Below the pieces are notes generated by a model that did not search any database, was not told the origin of the DNA, and saw nothing but the letters and a program-made list of their open reading frames with translations. A DNA stretch of 64,000 nucleotides from Vicugna vicugna (taxonomy: Eukaryota). Shown here one piece after another: positions 1-22,751 of the stretch. The position numbers and the translations under genes were made by a program. The DNA lies in contig MU058226.1 in assembly GCA_013265495.1 (NCBI GenBank), positions 210,741-274,740 of the forward strand, read 5' to 3'. Each line of letters begins with the position of its first letter. The first letter of the stretch is position 1.

Positions 1-11
1 AATCATTGATT

Positions 12-17
12 TTTATT
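12..17 (-). terminator. C2 polyadenylation signal AATAAA
   Basis: TTTATT on the plus strand at 12-17, about 270 nt downstream of the C2 stop codon. Confidence 0.8.
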
Positions 18-29
18 AATTTCATAACT

Positions 30-54
30 GGGAAATTCCATGTGAAAGTGAAAG
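30..54. promoter_or_regulatory. NF-kB site and IRF/ISRE-like site in the C2 3'UTR (expected CFB upstream region)
   Basis: GGGAAATTCC at 30-39 and GAAAGTGAAAG at 44-54. Confidence 0.7.
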
Positions 55-284
55 GAGAGAGTGAGCCAAGTAAACCCGAGGATGGGCTCTGCGCCGGCAG
101 GAGCCCTGGGGATTCCCCGGCTTGCATGTGCCGCTGGCTGCCTTGCCTCCGGTTCCTAGAGGCAGGGGTTTGCGCAGAGCAGGGAGTGGGGATGGGTCAC
201 GGAGACCGAGGGTGAAAGTTGAAAGGTAGGAAATGGGAGAGATGGCAGGTCCTGGCAGGACAGCAAAGGCCTCGGTGGCCATGA

Positions 285-11044
<10,760 letters not shown>

Positions 11045-11867
11045 GGTGTCCACCTTAGGGGCAGGGAGAGGCAGAGTGCTGGGAGAGGGAAAAGGTCATC
11101 TGACTTCCCGAAAGCAAGAGTTGGCTCAGCAGCCGCTTCATGAGCTGCCAGAGAAAGAAAACTAGGGAGTGGCAAGGGGGAATGTTCTCTCATTAGGAAA
11201 GAAGTAATCAGGGATCGGGGACTGAGCTGAGGTGGTGAAACCTTTGCCCTGTCTCCCTAATCCCAGCACATCCATAGAGCTGTCGATCTGCATCATGGGC
11301 TTTGCGTGGCGCTTCCAACCTCCACCCCTCGCAGACCCGCCTACTCACAAGCTCTTGCAAGAATAGTCTAAAGCACACAGACCCAACAACCAGCTGAGAT
11401 GTTGCAAAACATTTTATTTAAGTAAAGTTTCAGTTTTCTTTTGGGTTTTACCAAGTGGATTTTACTTCTTCAGAGTCTAGGATAGTACTGTCTTTTTGAA
11501 TATAAGCCCCCAAGAGATTAAAACGAATTTTCTTAGAAATTTTTGATACATAGGAGGATTCCTCATCTTTTTCTTCCCTACAACCCTTCCCCAGAGAGAA
11601 TCCAGGGACAAAAATGAAATCAACACTTAGTTTTGGAGACTGGAAAAATGTTGAGAACATTTTTAGGGAAAGTCCAGTAGATAAAATCCCCAGCTTATAA
11701 AATAAACAAGTCTGGGGTTGTTTACTCAAAGGAATAAAAGTATTTTTGAAAATGAGATAATGTCTTTAAATTACAACCTGCATTTTGTGTGAAGTGCAGG
11801 AAGCAAAGAAACTCTAAGCTAGTGTGTCAGCCTCCCACAGAAGACTCTTTAAAATCTATCAAATGGT

Positions 11868-11952
11868 GGGGAGGGTATAGCTCAGTGGGAGTTCATGCTC
11901 AGCATGCACGAGGTCCGGGGTTTAATCCCCAGTACCTCCATTAAAAAAAAAA
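11868..11952 (+). mobile_element. tRNA-derived SINE (vic-1-like)
   Basis: ggggagggtatagctcagtgg...aatccccagtacctcca followed by poly-A. Confidence 0.85.
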
Positions 11953-12179
11953 CAAAACACTTTTCGAACAATGTGGAATATAATAAGTAAATAGAAGCAA
12001 CCAGAAATGAAGATGAAACATCTCTGAAGTGAGCATTTAAGTTTATGAACACTCTTGATTTACAAATAACTTCTCAGAAACACACACACATAGTTAGGCT
12101 CACCTTGGACAGAACTGACTGGATTTAGAAGACCGTGATCCCCAGTGCTGGAGGTCCCAAAGCTACTGCTGTGACAGAG

Positions 12180-13640
12180 CTACTGGCACCTTCCCTGCAC
12201 CCAGTATTTGTTCTCCCTCCTTCTGCAGTAAGAGATGTTCAGCAGGACACAGTCACCCAGCTAAAGACTACATTTCCCAGCTTCCTTTGCAGCTAGTGGC
12301 CAGGTGACACGGCTCTAGCCAATAGAACTGATGTGTGTAACTTCCAAATTATGCCCCTAAAATAAAAGGAGAGTGTACCCCTTCTTTCCCATGGGCTGGA
12401 ATATAAATTTGATGGTGATTCCAGAGAAGCACCCTGGGAATGACAGGGCAAACAGACAGAGGAGCCTTGGGTCCCTGACACTGTGTTGATGTCATACCAG
12501 CCCTGCCTACCTGCTCAGATTGTTACAAGAGAGAAACAAACTATATTAAAGGTGGTGGGCATTTGAGATGTTCACAAATGTTCTGGCTTCGTCTCCTTTC
12601 AGTCACACAGTAGGATTAAACTTCCCTATCCACTTGCTTTGTCCAATGAAAAGTGGGTATAAGTGACGTGAACCACTGGTACATGTAAGCTTTATGAGCC
12701 AATGCAGTCTTCCTCGGGCTCATAATCTTTCCCTCTGGATGGCTACTTTTGGGATGGTGGCTGCTCCATCAGCCTAGATCACTGGGTGACACCAAAAGCA
12801 GAACCCCTGCTGACCCTTACCAGATACGCTATGTGAGCAAGAAATAAACTTTTGTTGTTTTAATCCACTGCATTACCACAGCTGCAGGGGGAAAAAATAC
12901 CACCCCAAATTTAGGGCTTTAAAAATGTTTTATTCCTACTCATGATTTTGTGGGTTGGCCAGGAGGTTCTTGCCTGGACTCACTCATGCAGCTGCAGCCA
13001 GCTGAGGGCTGAGTTCAGCAGGAACAGTAAGCCCCGTGGTCTGTCACCCAGAGCCCCTCATATCATGGCAGTCTCAGGACAGCATCCTAAGAGATGCAAC
13101 ACATACGCTGCAAGGTCTCTTGAGGCCTGTCCTCAGAAGTCACATGACATCACTTCCACATGTTCTATTGGTAACAGCAAATCACAAGGCCAGCCCAGAT
13201 TTAAGGGTGGGAAGAACTTTACCTTTTGATGGGAGGAGTGGCAAAGTCACACTGCAAAGAGGCACACACACCAGAATAGGAGAGATGTACAGCCATGTTT
13301 TGCAAACCACTAAGGCAACCAAGATCGGGAGATTGTCATAATAGCATAATGAATCCTGCCTGACTGAATACTTAAATCACTGAATTTTGGGTGCCTCTTT
13401 AAGCTGCTGCTATGGACTGAATTAAATTTATATGTTGAACACCTAACCCCTAATATGACTATATTTGGTGATGACAGGGCCTGTAAAGAGGTAATTAATC
13501 TTCAATGAGGTCATAAGGATGGGGTTCTGATCCAATACGATAAGTGACATTATCCAGGATACCAGAAACTTCTCTCTCCCTCCCTCCTTCTCCGTCTCTC
13601 TTTCTTTCTCCACACACACATCCCTCCAGCCCTACACGTC
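12180..13640. mobile_element. Cluster of MaLR (MLT1/MST-like) LTR fragments
   Basis: gactacatttcccagcttcctttgcagct, gtgagcaagaaataaacttttgttgttttaa, tgctatggactgaat...gaggtaattaa...tgaggtcataagg. Confidence 0.6.
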
Positions 13641-13649
13641 ACAGAGGAC

Positions 13650-14145
13650 TGTGACCCTACCATGGGATAACGCTGAGATTCTGAATGACTCCAGGGTTCC
13701 TCACTCATTCACAGTGGTAAATTCTCTTGATTGTGAAGGAAAAGCTGGGCTGGTCTAACAAGATAACTCACAAGTCTAAGTATTGGAATACTGACCTGAG
13801 TTCTGCAAGACTAACTTGTAAATCTAGGTTAATTAGTGTTGGTTTGCTGTTTATGTTTTTTTGCTAGCCAGCTGGATTTTCAAAGATACATATCTGGCTT
13901 TGGAATGTTGGTTTGCTGCCTCCCCACCTTCACTTTTGTGATGATAATGCTGCTAAGGCTGTTCCATGCCTATTTGCCGAATACCCCAAGCTTGTACTTT
14001 ACCCTATAAAACCTCATGCACACATCTTGGAGGTGCTCAGAGCTTCGGAGCAGAAGCCCCTCTGAGCCCGCCGGCGTAATGCATCTGAGTACTCCAACCC
14101 TCCGGGTGGTGCTTGTTTCTTGACTGGCCTGTCGTTTCCGTAACA
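13650..14145 (+). mobile_element. ERV1-like solo LTR
   Basis: TG...CA ends (tgtgaccc ... cgtaaca) and TATA (cctataaaa) near 14003. R/U5 resembles the LTR at 22159-22751. No clean target-site duplication (TSD). Confidence 0.6.
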
Positions 14146-16199
14146 GATAAGACCCACTTTATTGACTGTCTTCCTTCACTATCCCTCTTTCCCACCCCCC
14201 TACCCACATGTCCTGAGACCATTTCTCAAATGCACTATTTGCACTTGAATCTTTGTCTCAGGGCTGCTTCTGGGGGAAGAAGATATCATATCAACTGGAA
14301 TTACTATGAGCCAGACGCTGTTCTAAGCCCTTTATATGTAGGAGCTCACGTAATCCTCACAATAAACCTAACACACAGGTTTTATCGTTGTCCCCACTTA
14401 ACATATGAGGAAAGTGAGGCACAGAAATGTTAAATGACCTGCCTTAGATTCACACGGGTACTAAGTGGCAGAGCTGGGATTCAGACCAAGGCAGCATGGC
14501 TCCTGAGTCTACACTTGTAGCCCCTATGCTTTAGTGCCTCTTCCTAACATCTCTGTGGTGGCTCTTCTGAGCTCCCAGAGGAGCTCTTCCCAAGGCCTTT
14601 CTCCCCTATGTGCTTGTCTCTTCCTTCTCCTTCTCCTGAAACACCTTCTCCATTCTCCTCAAATCGCTCAGCCTTCAGGAAGTCCTCCAGAAAGTCCTCC
14701 AGATTCCTACAGGACCTGTCCACAGAATGTACTGCTTTGAGTCACTTGTGTGCTTATCTCAGCCTCCCCAGAGGAGGGTTCCCAGGAGCTGTTGTTGAAA
14801 CACTGAGCTCCACGGTTAAGGTCAGGCTGAAGGTTATACCCCAGACTCTAGATTATACCCAGCAGAACCTCCTCCCCAGTCCTATTCTCACTCCAAGGAA
14901 ACAGCTTCCTTTAGATCAGCAACAGAAGTGTCTTTGGTTTCTATTCCTCCCACTTCTTTCTTAATAAAATATTTACTTTGGGTTAGACCCCACCCCCTTG
15001 CTCTAACACAGGCTACTGTTAGAGGGCTGGGTATACAACCACCCCCATCCTGCCACGTACTGACCTACTTACTTTGAGCTGATTTCCCAACTATGACTTT
15101 GAGAAATCTTTACATAAAGCACCCTTTGAACCTCAGAAAAGGGTTATGCCCAGCCCCTGGGCCCCTCCCATCCCTGGACTCTGCCAGGCCCCTGGACCCA
15201 GAGGCCACCCTGCAGGCCCAGACTCCAGGTCAGGACACTGAACATCCTCTCCTCACCCAAACAGTGCCTGAGAATTAAGTGAGGGTGGAGTGGGGACCTC
15301 CCAGGAAACAGAAGGCCTGTTTCTGACCTCCTGTAAGGGGCCACATCTCTTTCAGATGGAAACTCAGCCCCTGGAAACAGCCAGGCCTGGGCTGCACCAC
15401 GTGCCCGTCTGCCCACACTACAGCCCCTACCTCACCCCTGTGCACCCCATCCCTCTGGGCTCTGCCAGTCCTGGGGGTGCCAGTGGTGCATGTCATTCCC
15501 CCTCCCTGACTTCTCAGCACCTAGGGGGAGGCTGCCCCGCATGGCCCAGGGGAGAGGATGGTGATCATGGCCCAGGGACTCAGGGGTCAGCTGTTAAGGG
15601 CAAGGGGAGGGATGGCCTCTGGCTGTAACCTCCCTGGCTCCTCCCTCACAATGCCTCACTCCTACTCCCTCCATGCCTTGACTTAGCTTTGGTTGGGGGA
15701 GACCTAGCTGCATTCCTCTGCTCTTTCATCCAAAATGTCTCTCTAATGTTTTCCTCCATATCCTGGTGTGGGGACATGGAGGATCCACTTATTTCTCTCT
15801 TCTGGATACCAGGTCCCTCCCACCAAAAGGGCAGCCCTCAGGTTCAAAGTTGGGTAGCTTCCTGCCCACATACCCCAGTGCTGCCAAGGGGCAGGGAGGG
15901 AGATTTCCAGTCTAGAAGAGACACTCATGCCTTGCTTTCCCGTCAGACTCAAGTGAAAGTCATATCCCAGCAGATTCCTCCTGCCCACATCTCTGGCCCC
16001 AGCCCCAGGGTGCTGGAAGGAATTCAAGCTTTGATTGAAGACAGGCTGGAACTGCAGGTTCAGCTTGGCAGATTTATTAGCTATTTCAACCTTGCTCACT
16101 CTATTTTATCACCTGTCATACATGGAGCCAACAGCAAAATACACTCCCCTTACGGTTACCTCTGAGAATTAGATTAGGATGATCAAAATGAGAGGCTCT

Positions 16200-18280
16200 T
16201 CTCCCCTGCAGGTGTGGAAGCGTGATGCACAAAGATATCCACTGCAGCTTTCATTGTTACCAAGAGAGAAAGTTTGGGAATGACCCACGTCCATCAGCAG
16301 AGGGACCTTTACATAACGGACTGACACACAGTACATTGTGGTTTGGATGGTGGAAACTATGCAGCCTCTGAAAGCTTAATGCTTATCTGTACCAATGAGT
16401 GCATGTCTTAAGATATTATGTATAATATAACATATACTTTTTAACTAAGTATACAGTCAAAACCCTGTGTATGGGATGCCACCATTTATGCAAAAAAGGA
16501 GGGGAGAGGATGTAGCTGTGTATGCTCTTTGTACGTGTGAAAGTTCTCCCTGGAAAGTGGACAAGAACATGGATAGGAGAACTGGGGGCTGGAAAATGGG
16601 ATGTGGGGCAAGGAGAGAGATTTACTTTTCATTAAATCCCCTTTATTATTCTTTGAGCTTTTTGTTGGGTATGAATGATTCTTATTCAAATAGGTGGAAG
16701 GAAACACAAGGAGCTGAGGAGAAAGCCCCGGGACCAGGCAGGAGGTCTCTGAGGGAGTTGGTACCTCCTTTGTGTCCTCAGTCTGTGTCTTCAGTAGAAG
16801 CCCCGTGAAAGCCTTTTACAGGAAAAAGAGGCTTGAATATATGTCAACCTGTAGCACTGCACCAAAAGAATTCTGCTGGACTTCTAACAAGAGACCCTGA
16901 TGCAGTCTCTCTACAGACTGCTTACGTCTTATTTTGTAAAACTTCAAATATATGCAAAAGTAGAGAAAACAGTATAGTGAATGTCCATGTATTTATCACC
17001 CAACTTCAACCATAGTCCATATATGGACAATCCTGGTTCATCTCTGTACCCAACCACTCCTTCTGGGATTTATTTTTACACAAATCCAAGACATCAGGTT
17101 ACAATTCACCTGTACATATACATCAGTAAGTACCTCTACAAGATAAGGACTCTTTTTTGAAAACACAGCCATAATACAGTTCTCACACTTTAAAAAACAT
17201 CAGGAGAAGGTACAGCTCAGTGGTAGAGCGCATGCTCAGCATGCACAAGGTCCTGAGTTCAATTCTTAGTACCTCCATTAAATAAACAAATAAACCTAAT
17301 TAGCTCCCCCCCAAAAAGTAAATAAAAATCAGCAATATCAAACCTATTTTTTAATTGCTTTATTGTGGTAAAGTACCCATAACATAAAATTTACCATCTT
17401 CACCACTTTTAAGTTGTGAAGTTAATTCAAATAATTAGTTATTAATATATTAATATAATTAGTATATTAATTAACAGTTCAGTAATATTAAATACATTCA
17501 TAATGTGGTGGAATCCCCAACCAAAAGGAGTGGGGACAGAGTTGTAATGGAGCAGAGTTTTTGTACGTTATTGGAGGTAAGCTGGATAAATTCAAATTAG
17601 AATGTTATAACTTTAGGATGCTAAAAGTAATCCCCATGGTAACCACAAAGAAAATAGCTATAGAATATACAAAAAGGAAATGAAAGAAGCATTTAAACAT
17701 TTCACTTTGAAAAATCAACTGAATACAAAAGAAGACAGTAATGAAGGAAATGAGGGACAAAAAAGCCATAAGGCATATAGAAAAAAAACAGCAAAATGGT
17801 AGGTGTACCCCTCACGGTCCTGTGGTGACACTGTGGGTTTTTTTTTTTAACTGAAATATAGTTGACACACAATATTATGTTAGTTTCAGGTGTACCACAC
17901 ACAAATAAAGATTTAACATTTGCCTACTTTATGAAATGATCACCATGATAAGTCTAGTAACCATCTGTCCTCATACAAATTTATTACAATATTATTATTC
18001 CATATTCCTTATGCTGTATATTACATCCACATGGTGATTATGTTTTAAAATTCTTTTGATGTAGGCATGCAAACAGCAGTATTTACAGATGAACTGATAT
18101 GATGTCTGGCATTTGCTTTAAAATTCTCTAGAGGGAGGGGGAGGCCAGAAGAAGCAAGTCTGGCATAAAGCTGAAAATTGTTGAAGCTGCGTGATCTGCA
18201 CATGGGAGATCTGTATACTATTCTCCCAAACTTCTGTGTATGTTTGAAATTTTCCATAATAAAAAGTTAAAAAAAGAAAA
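16200..18280. mobile_element. Mosaic of LINE-1 fragments in both orientations
   Basis: L1-like segments such as ccccatggtaaccacaaagaaaata and actgaaatatagttgacacacaatattatgttagtttcaggtgtac. Confidence 0.55.
17203..17327 (+). mobile_element. tRNA-derived SINE (vic-1-like, long tail)
   Basis: agctcagtggtagagcgcatgctcagcatgcacaaggtcctgagttcaa...aataaacctaattagctccccc. Confidence 0.85.
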
Positions 18281-20181
18281 TATTTTAACCCCCTCTGACC
18301 ATTGAGCGTCTAAGATTAAACAAATAAAAAGATCAGACGAGACACAAAGGTATGGTCATAACTATCGAATAAACGGATGATAAAGCTAAGGGAACATAAG
18401 CATTGAATCATCTTGCAAGTCACATTGACTACTGAAATTAATAAATGAGCCATTTATACATTGGTCTTTCATGAGTTTTATTAGCATGAGTCAGTTACCT
18501 GGGGACCAGTCATATTTGCGGGCATTTTTTAAATCCCCATTTCTGAATTCATACAGCCCAGAGCAATACCTTTTGGAAAATAACTACAGAAAAGTAAAAC
18601 CACCCTGTTAGAGCCACCTGTCATCCTTCCCCAGATGATGCTTCTGTCTTCCTATAAATCACCACAACACCCTACCTCACAAGGATGCTGTACCAAATAA
18701 GGGTAAGGTGTACTAAATTAGCACCTAGCATAGCAACTGGCAGGAAGCCGTAACTCAATCAGCATGAAGTCCCTGCAGCAGCGGCTGCCGGTGCCCGGCA
18801 TCTCCTCGCCCACCTCTGACCTCAGCTGTGTCTGAGGCTTGCGGGTTTTTGCAGCTCAGTTTCACTTTGCACTAATTCATACCAGCCTGGGCCTTCTCTG
18901 GTACATCGGTGCTCAAAGGGCAACACATGTAAGAAAGACAGGGAAACAGCCCCAGAGTCAACCTGCAATCAATCAGAGAATGGACACTGGGGGAAACATG
19001 CTCATGCCCCCTGGTCCCTCAGGTGGACAATTTCTGTTTCTCTCCTCAGAAAGTTCCAGTGGAATTGAATCACTGTCACTATCGTAGTTGGCTTTTCCTC
19101 CTTTGTGATCTTACACTCCCTCACTTCTGCTTTCTGGAATCACCTAAGTTACCTGCCTATACCTCTATCTCAGGCTCCGTCCGCTTCCAGGGACACTCAA
19201 CTAAGACTGTCCCTCTCCCATCCTCCTCACCCATGTTCCATTGCCCTTCTTTCATGGGTTCTGCCCCAGCAACACTCCAGTCAAACCTGGACTGTAACAT
19301 TAACACAGAGAATTACAGTGTACTGGTCTCTCCACACTGCTCAAGGACAGGGATCCTGGGACACGTCTGGGATTCCTCGGTGTCCCATGGGAGAGAGTCA
19401 TGCAAGCTGGTCAGCACTGAACCCAGCTGTGATAGTCACTGAGTCATTCACCAGTCTTGCCATTTTCTGCCTTGCAGGCACATGGTAGGACTGAATTTCA
19501 GCTTGCTTTCACCAGTGAAGTATGAGCCCAAGCCGTGTGCGTTCTTTCAGGCAGATTCATTCATTGCCAGTGCAATGTGAGACACTGCAGCGCCCTCTTC
19601 TGACAGAACCTCCTTATATCTGGCCTCCGAGTGACTGTGCTGATCAGAGACTCCCAGCACCATTCCACTGACCCAACAGGTAGCATTGTAAGAAATAAAA
19701 CTCGTGTTGAGCTACTGAGGTTGCCAGGTTGTTCGTTTCTCTAGTGTTACTTAGCCATTCTGGCTGATACAACCTGAGATAGGAACGCATATAAAGTTTA
19801 GAGGAACACAAAGAGGGAGGTATCACGTCTCCCCAGAGGTTTAGAAAAGCTTCATAGAGGAGCTGGAGATAAGCTTTAAAAGATGAGTTTTCTTAAAAGA
19901 CAGAGGGCAATCCAGACAAAGCAGTACATGGAGCAAAGGCTTGGAGTCTGGAGCCCTAGAATACATTCGGGAAGTTTTAGGGTGGGAGAGGGAAGGGGAG
20001 GCCGCAGTATGATGAAACTGTGAAGAAGGTACCTTACTCAAGAGCCAGGGTTGGTCGCTTCAGAATTATTATTGCGGAATCAATGTGGAAAGTGAATTGA
20101 AGGAGTTAGGAGACATTTGTAGTTCTGGCAAGAGACCAGGGGCTGACAGAGAAGTCGGGACGGGGAACCAGGACAAATGTT

Positions 20182-20273
20182 TCTTGCTTGTTTTTTAATG
20201 GAGGTGCTGGGGATTGAACCCAGGACCTCATGCACCCCAAGCACACACACTACCGCTGAGCTACACCCTCCTG
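20182..20273 (-). mobile_element. tRNA-derived SINE (vic-1-like) with perfect 15-bp TSD
   Basis: TSD ACCAGGACAAATGTT at 20167-20181 and 20274-20288. Confidence 0.9.
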
Positions 20274-20664
20274 ACCAGGACAAATGTTGAGAAGCAGACC
20301 AGGGAGTTCCCTCTGGGATCTCTCCTGAGCCCTCATAACATCCAGGTTGCCTCAATCTCCACACTTATGTCTGCTGTGGTTGCCTATTTATTATTTATAG
20401 TCTTCTTGACGGTAGAAAATGTCTTTTTTCTTTACACAAATTAACATTTTGTTATTCAATTTTAAAAGGCAGTGAAATACGAGCAAGGTTTTAGCTTCCT
20501 GGGAAACAAACTTGGACAAGAGAAGAAGCAAAGTGTATCCAATCAACACATACAGTTTTTTAGCTTCTAAAGAGATGGGTTTCTTTGTTAAGAGTTACAT
20601 TTGACAGGACAATTTTCTGTATTAAAATAATTGTTCATTATTAAATGAAATTTTTATCACTTCT

Positions 20665-20792
20665 TTTTTTATTCTTCTTTGGGGGCGCAGAATTAAGTTT
20701 ATTTATTTATTTTTTAATGGAGGTGCCAGGGATTGAACCCAGGACCTCATGCATGCTAGGCATGCACTCTACCACTGAGCTATACACCCCCC
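20665..20792 (-). mobile_element. tRNA-derived SINE (vic-1-like)
   Basis: gggattgaacccaggacctcatgcatgctaggcatgcactctaccactgagctatac. Confidence 0.85.
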
Positions 20793-20809
20793 ACCCTCTC
20801 ACTTTTTTT

Positions 20810-21990
20810 AAATTTATCAAGAAAGTGAAAAAGACAACCTACAGAATGGAAGAAAATGCTTGTAAATCATGTCTAAAAAAGATCTAGAATTCAGAATATA
20901 TAAAGAACTCTTACAACTCAATGACAAAGAGGCAAACAACTCAATTTAAATCTGACTGAAGTATTGTGCTGTGCACCAGAAATCGACACATTGTAAACTG
21001 ACTATACTTCAAAAAAATATATATTAAAATTTTTTAAATAAATAAAAATAAGCCAAGGACCTGAATAGACATTTCTCAGAAAAGACATAAAAATGGTGCC
21101 AACAACCACAGGAAAAGATATTCAACATCATAAGTCACAAGGGAAATGCAAATCAAAATCACAGTAGGTTACCACTGCACACCCACTAGGACACCTATTA
21201 AACAACAACAAAAACAATAGAAAATAAAAAGTGTTAGCTAGAATGTGGAGAAATTGGAATCCTTACAATGTGCTGGTGAAATGGTTCCACTGCTGTGGAA
21301 AACAGCTTGGTGGTTCCTCAAAAGTTAAATATAGAATTACCATATAATCCAGAAATTCATCTCCTATGAGTATATCCCCCCAAAAACCTGAAAACAGATA
21401 CTCAGCAAATACATGTTAAAAAGAACAAAAAGAAACAAATACATGTATATACATGTTCATCACAGCACTATTCACAATAGCCAAAAGGTGGAAACAGCCT
21501 AGATGTCCATCAACAAATGAATGAACAAACTATGGTATATAGCTACATTGGAATATCATTCAGCCATAAAAAGGAATGGAGTACTAATACATGCTAATAC
21601 AGACGAATCTCAAAGACATTGTGCCATGCGAAAGAAGCCAGACACAAAGTGCCACGTATTGTATGATTCCACTTATACAAAATATCCGAAATAGGTAAAT
21701 CCACAGAAATAGAACACATATTGGTGGTTGCTGGGAGGAAAACGGGGAGCAACTGTTCAATCGGTATGGGGTTTCTTTTGGGGTGATAGAAAATGTCTTG
21801 GGTGATGAAAATGTTTCAATGGTTTCTCAGTATTGAGAATGGACTAAATGCCACTTAAATGCTCACTTAAAAATCGTTAATTTTATTCTGAAAGAAAGTC
21901 AATAAAATGCACCTAAGCTATCAAAAAAATCGTTAATTTTATGTTATTTGAATTTCACCTCAATAATGTAAATGGTAGAAAAAAAATCAA
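20810..21990 (+). mobile_element. LINE-1 (L1MB-like) ORF2 end and 3'UTR
   Basis: gggaaatgcaaatcaaaatcacagt, cagcactattcacaatagccaaaaggtggaaaca, gattccacttatacaaaatatcc. Confidence 0.8.
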
Positions 21991-22158
21991 TCAGCTGACA
22001 CTCAATGAGCCCTCCTTCAATTTTGTTGAAAGGAAAGAAAAAGTATCTGGCAGAATGGTGTCATGAGGTCACTCACTTTCTCGGTGAGATTTTGAAACTG
22101 TCCCTTTGGTGCCCGCTGTTGTTTTGACCCTCCTGGATTTCCCCTTGTGCCTTCTTTC

Positions 22159-22751
22159 TGTAGTAAGGGAGGGTTGGACAAGGGGAGGGGGAGGGAATAC
22201 CCACTCCTTAAGGGGGGTGGGAGCGGCTCTCAGGCCCACCAACTTCCCAACTCACACTGAGGCAGGAAGCCCCATTAAAAAAGACGGGCAGGACCCCACA
22301 AGTAGGGCCACTACTCTCCTGCCAGCACCATTCGGTTCCCTGGCCCAGAGGCTCTATCTCACTTTTTGCCTCTGAAATGGCTTACTTACCCCTAAAATTC
22401 TATTGGTTCCCTGAGCTCACTTCTGATTGGTTATTACTCTCACTTCTGATTGGCCCACTTCCCTAACTTCTAATTGGTCCATTTGTAGTGCTTCATTTGC
22501 ATGGAGCTCACTCCTGATTGGTTATTTCTCTCACTCCTGATTGAGCTATTTCTACAAAGCTTGTTCCTGGTTGGTCAACTTCTGTTATACTCTATTTGCA
22601 TATGATGTTGCAAAGTGTAAAACTGGCAGCCTATAAAAACCTGTGTAAACCTACAGCTGGAGTCCAGAGCTTGCTAGTGTAATAAACGTGAGTTCTCCAA
22701 CTCTCCGAGTGCTGCCCAGCTCAAGGTTGCTGTCATAACTGAGCTGTAACA
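22159..22751 (+). mobile_element. ERV solo LTR with CCAAT repeat array, two octamers, TATA and polyA signal
   Basis: tgtagtaagg ... ctgtaaca termini; ATTGG at 22402, 22426, 22449, 22473, 22517; ATTTGCAT at 22495 and 22594; ctataaaa at 22631; AATAAA at 22681. Confidence 0.7.

Noticed and set aside
11105..11113. GAS-like TTCCCGAAA upstream of the C2 ATG
   Set aside because: Imperfect short motif that cannot be supported from sequence alone.
11868..11940. tRNA-Ala-like sequences (about 10 copies across the window) as tRNA genes
   Set aside because: They have degenerate stems, A-rich tails and TSDs, so they are SINEs.
15743..16099. 118-aa minus-strand ORF upstream of C2
   Set aside because: GTG start, no recognisable homology and no convincing splice structure; a tblastx search would be needed to revive it.
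22400..22575. Spaced short repeats as a CRISPR-like array
   Set aside because: Eukaryotic context; degenerate tandem units inside an LTR U3 with no unique spacers.
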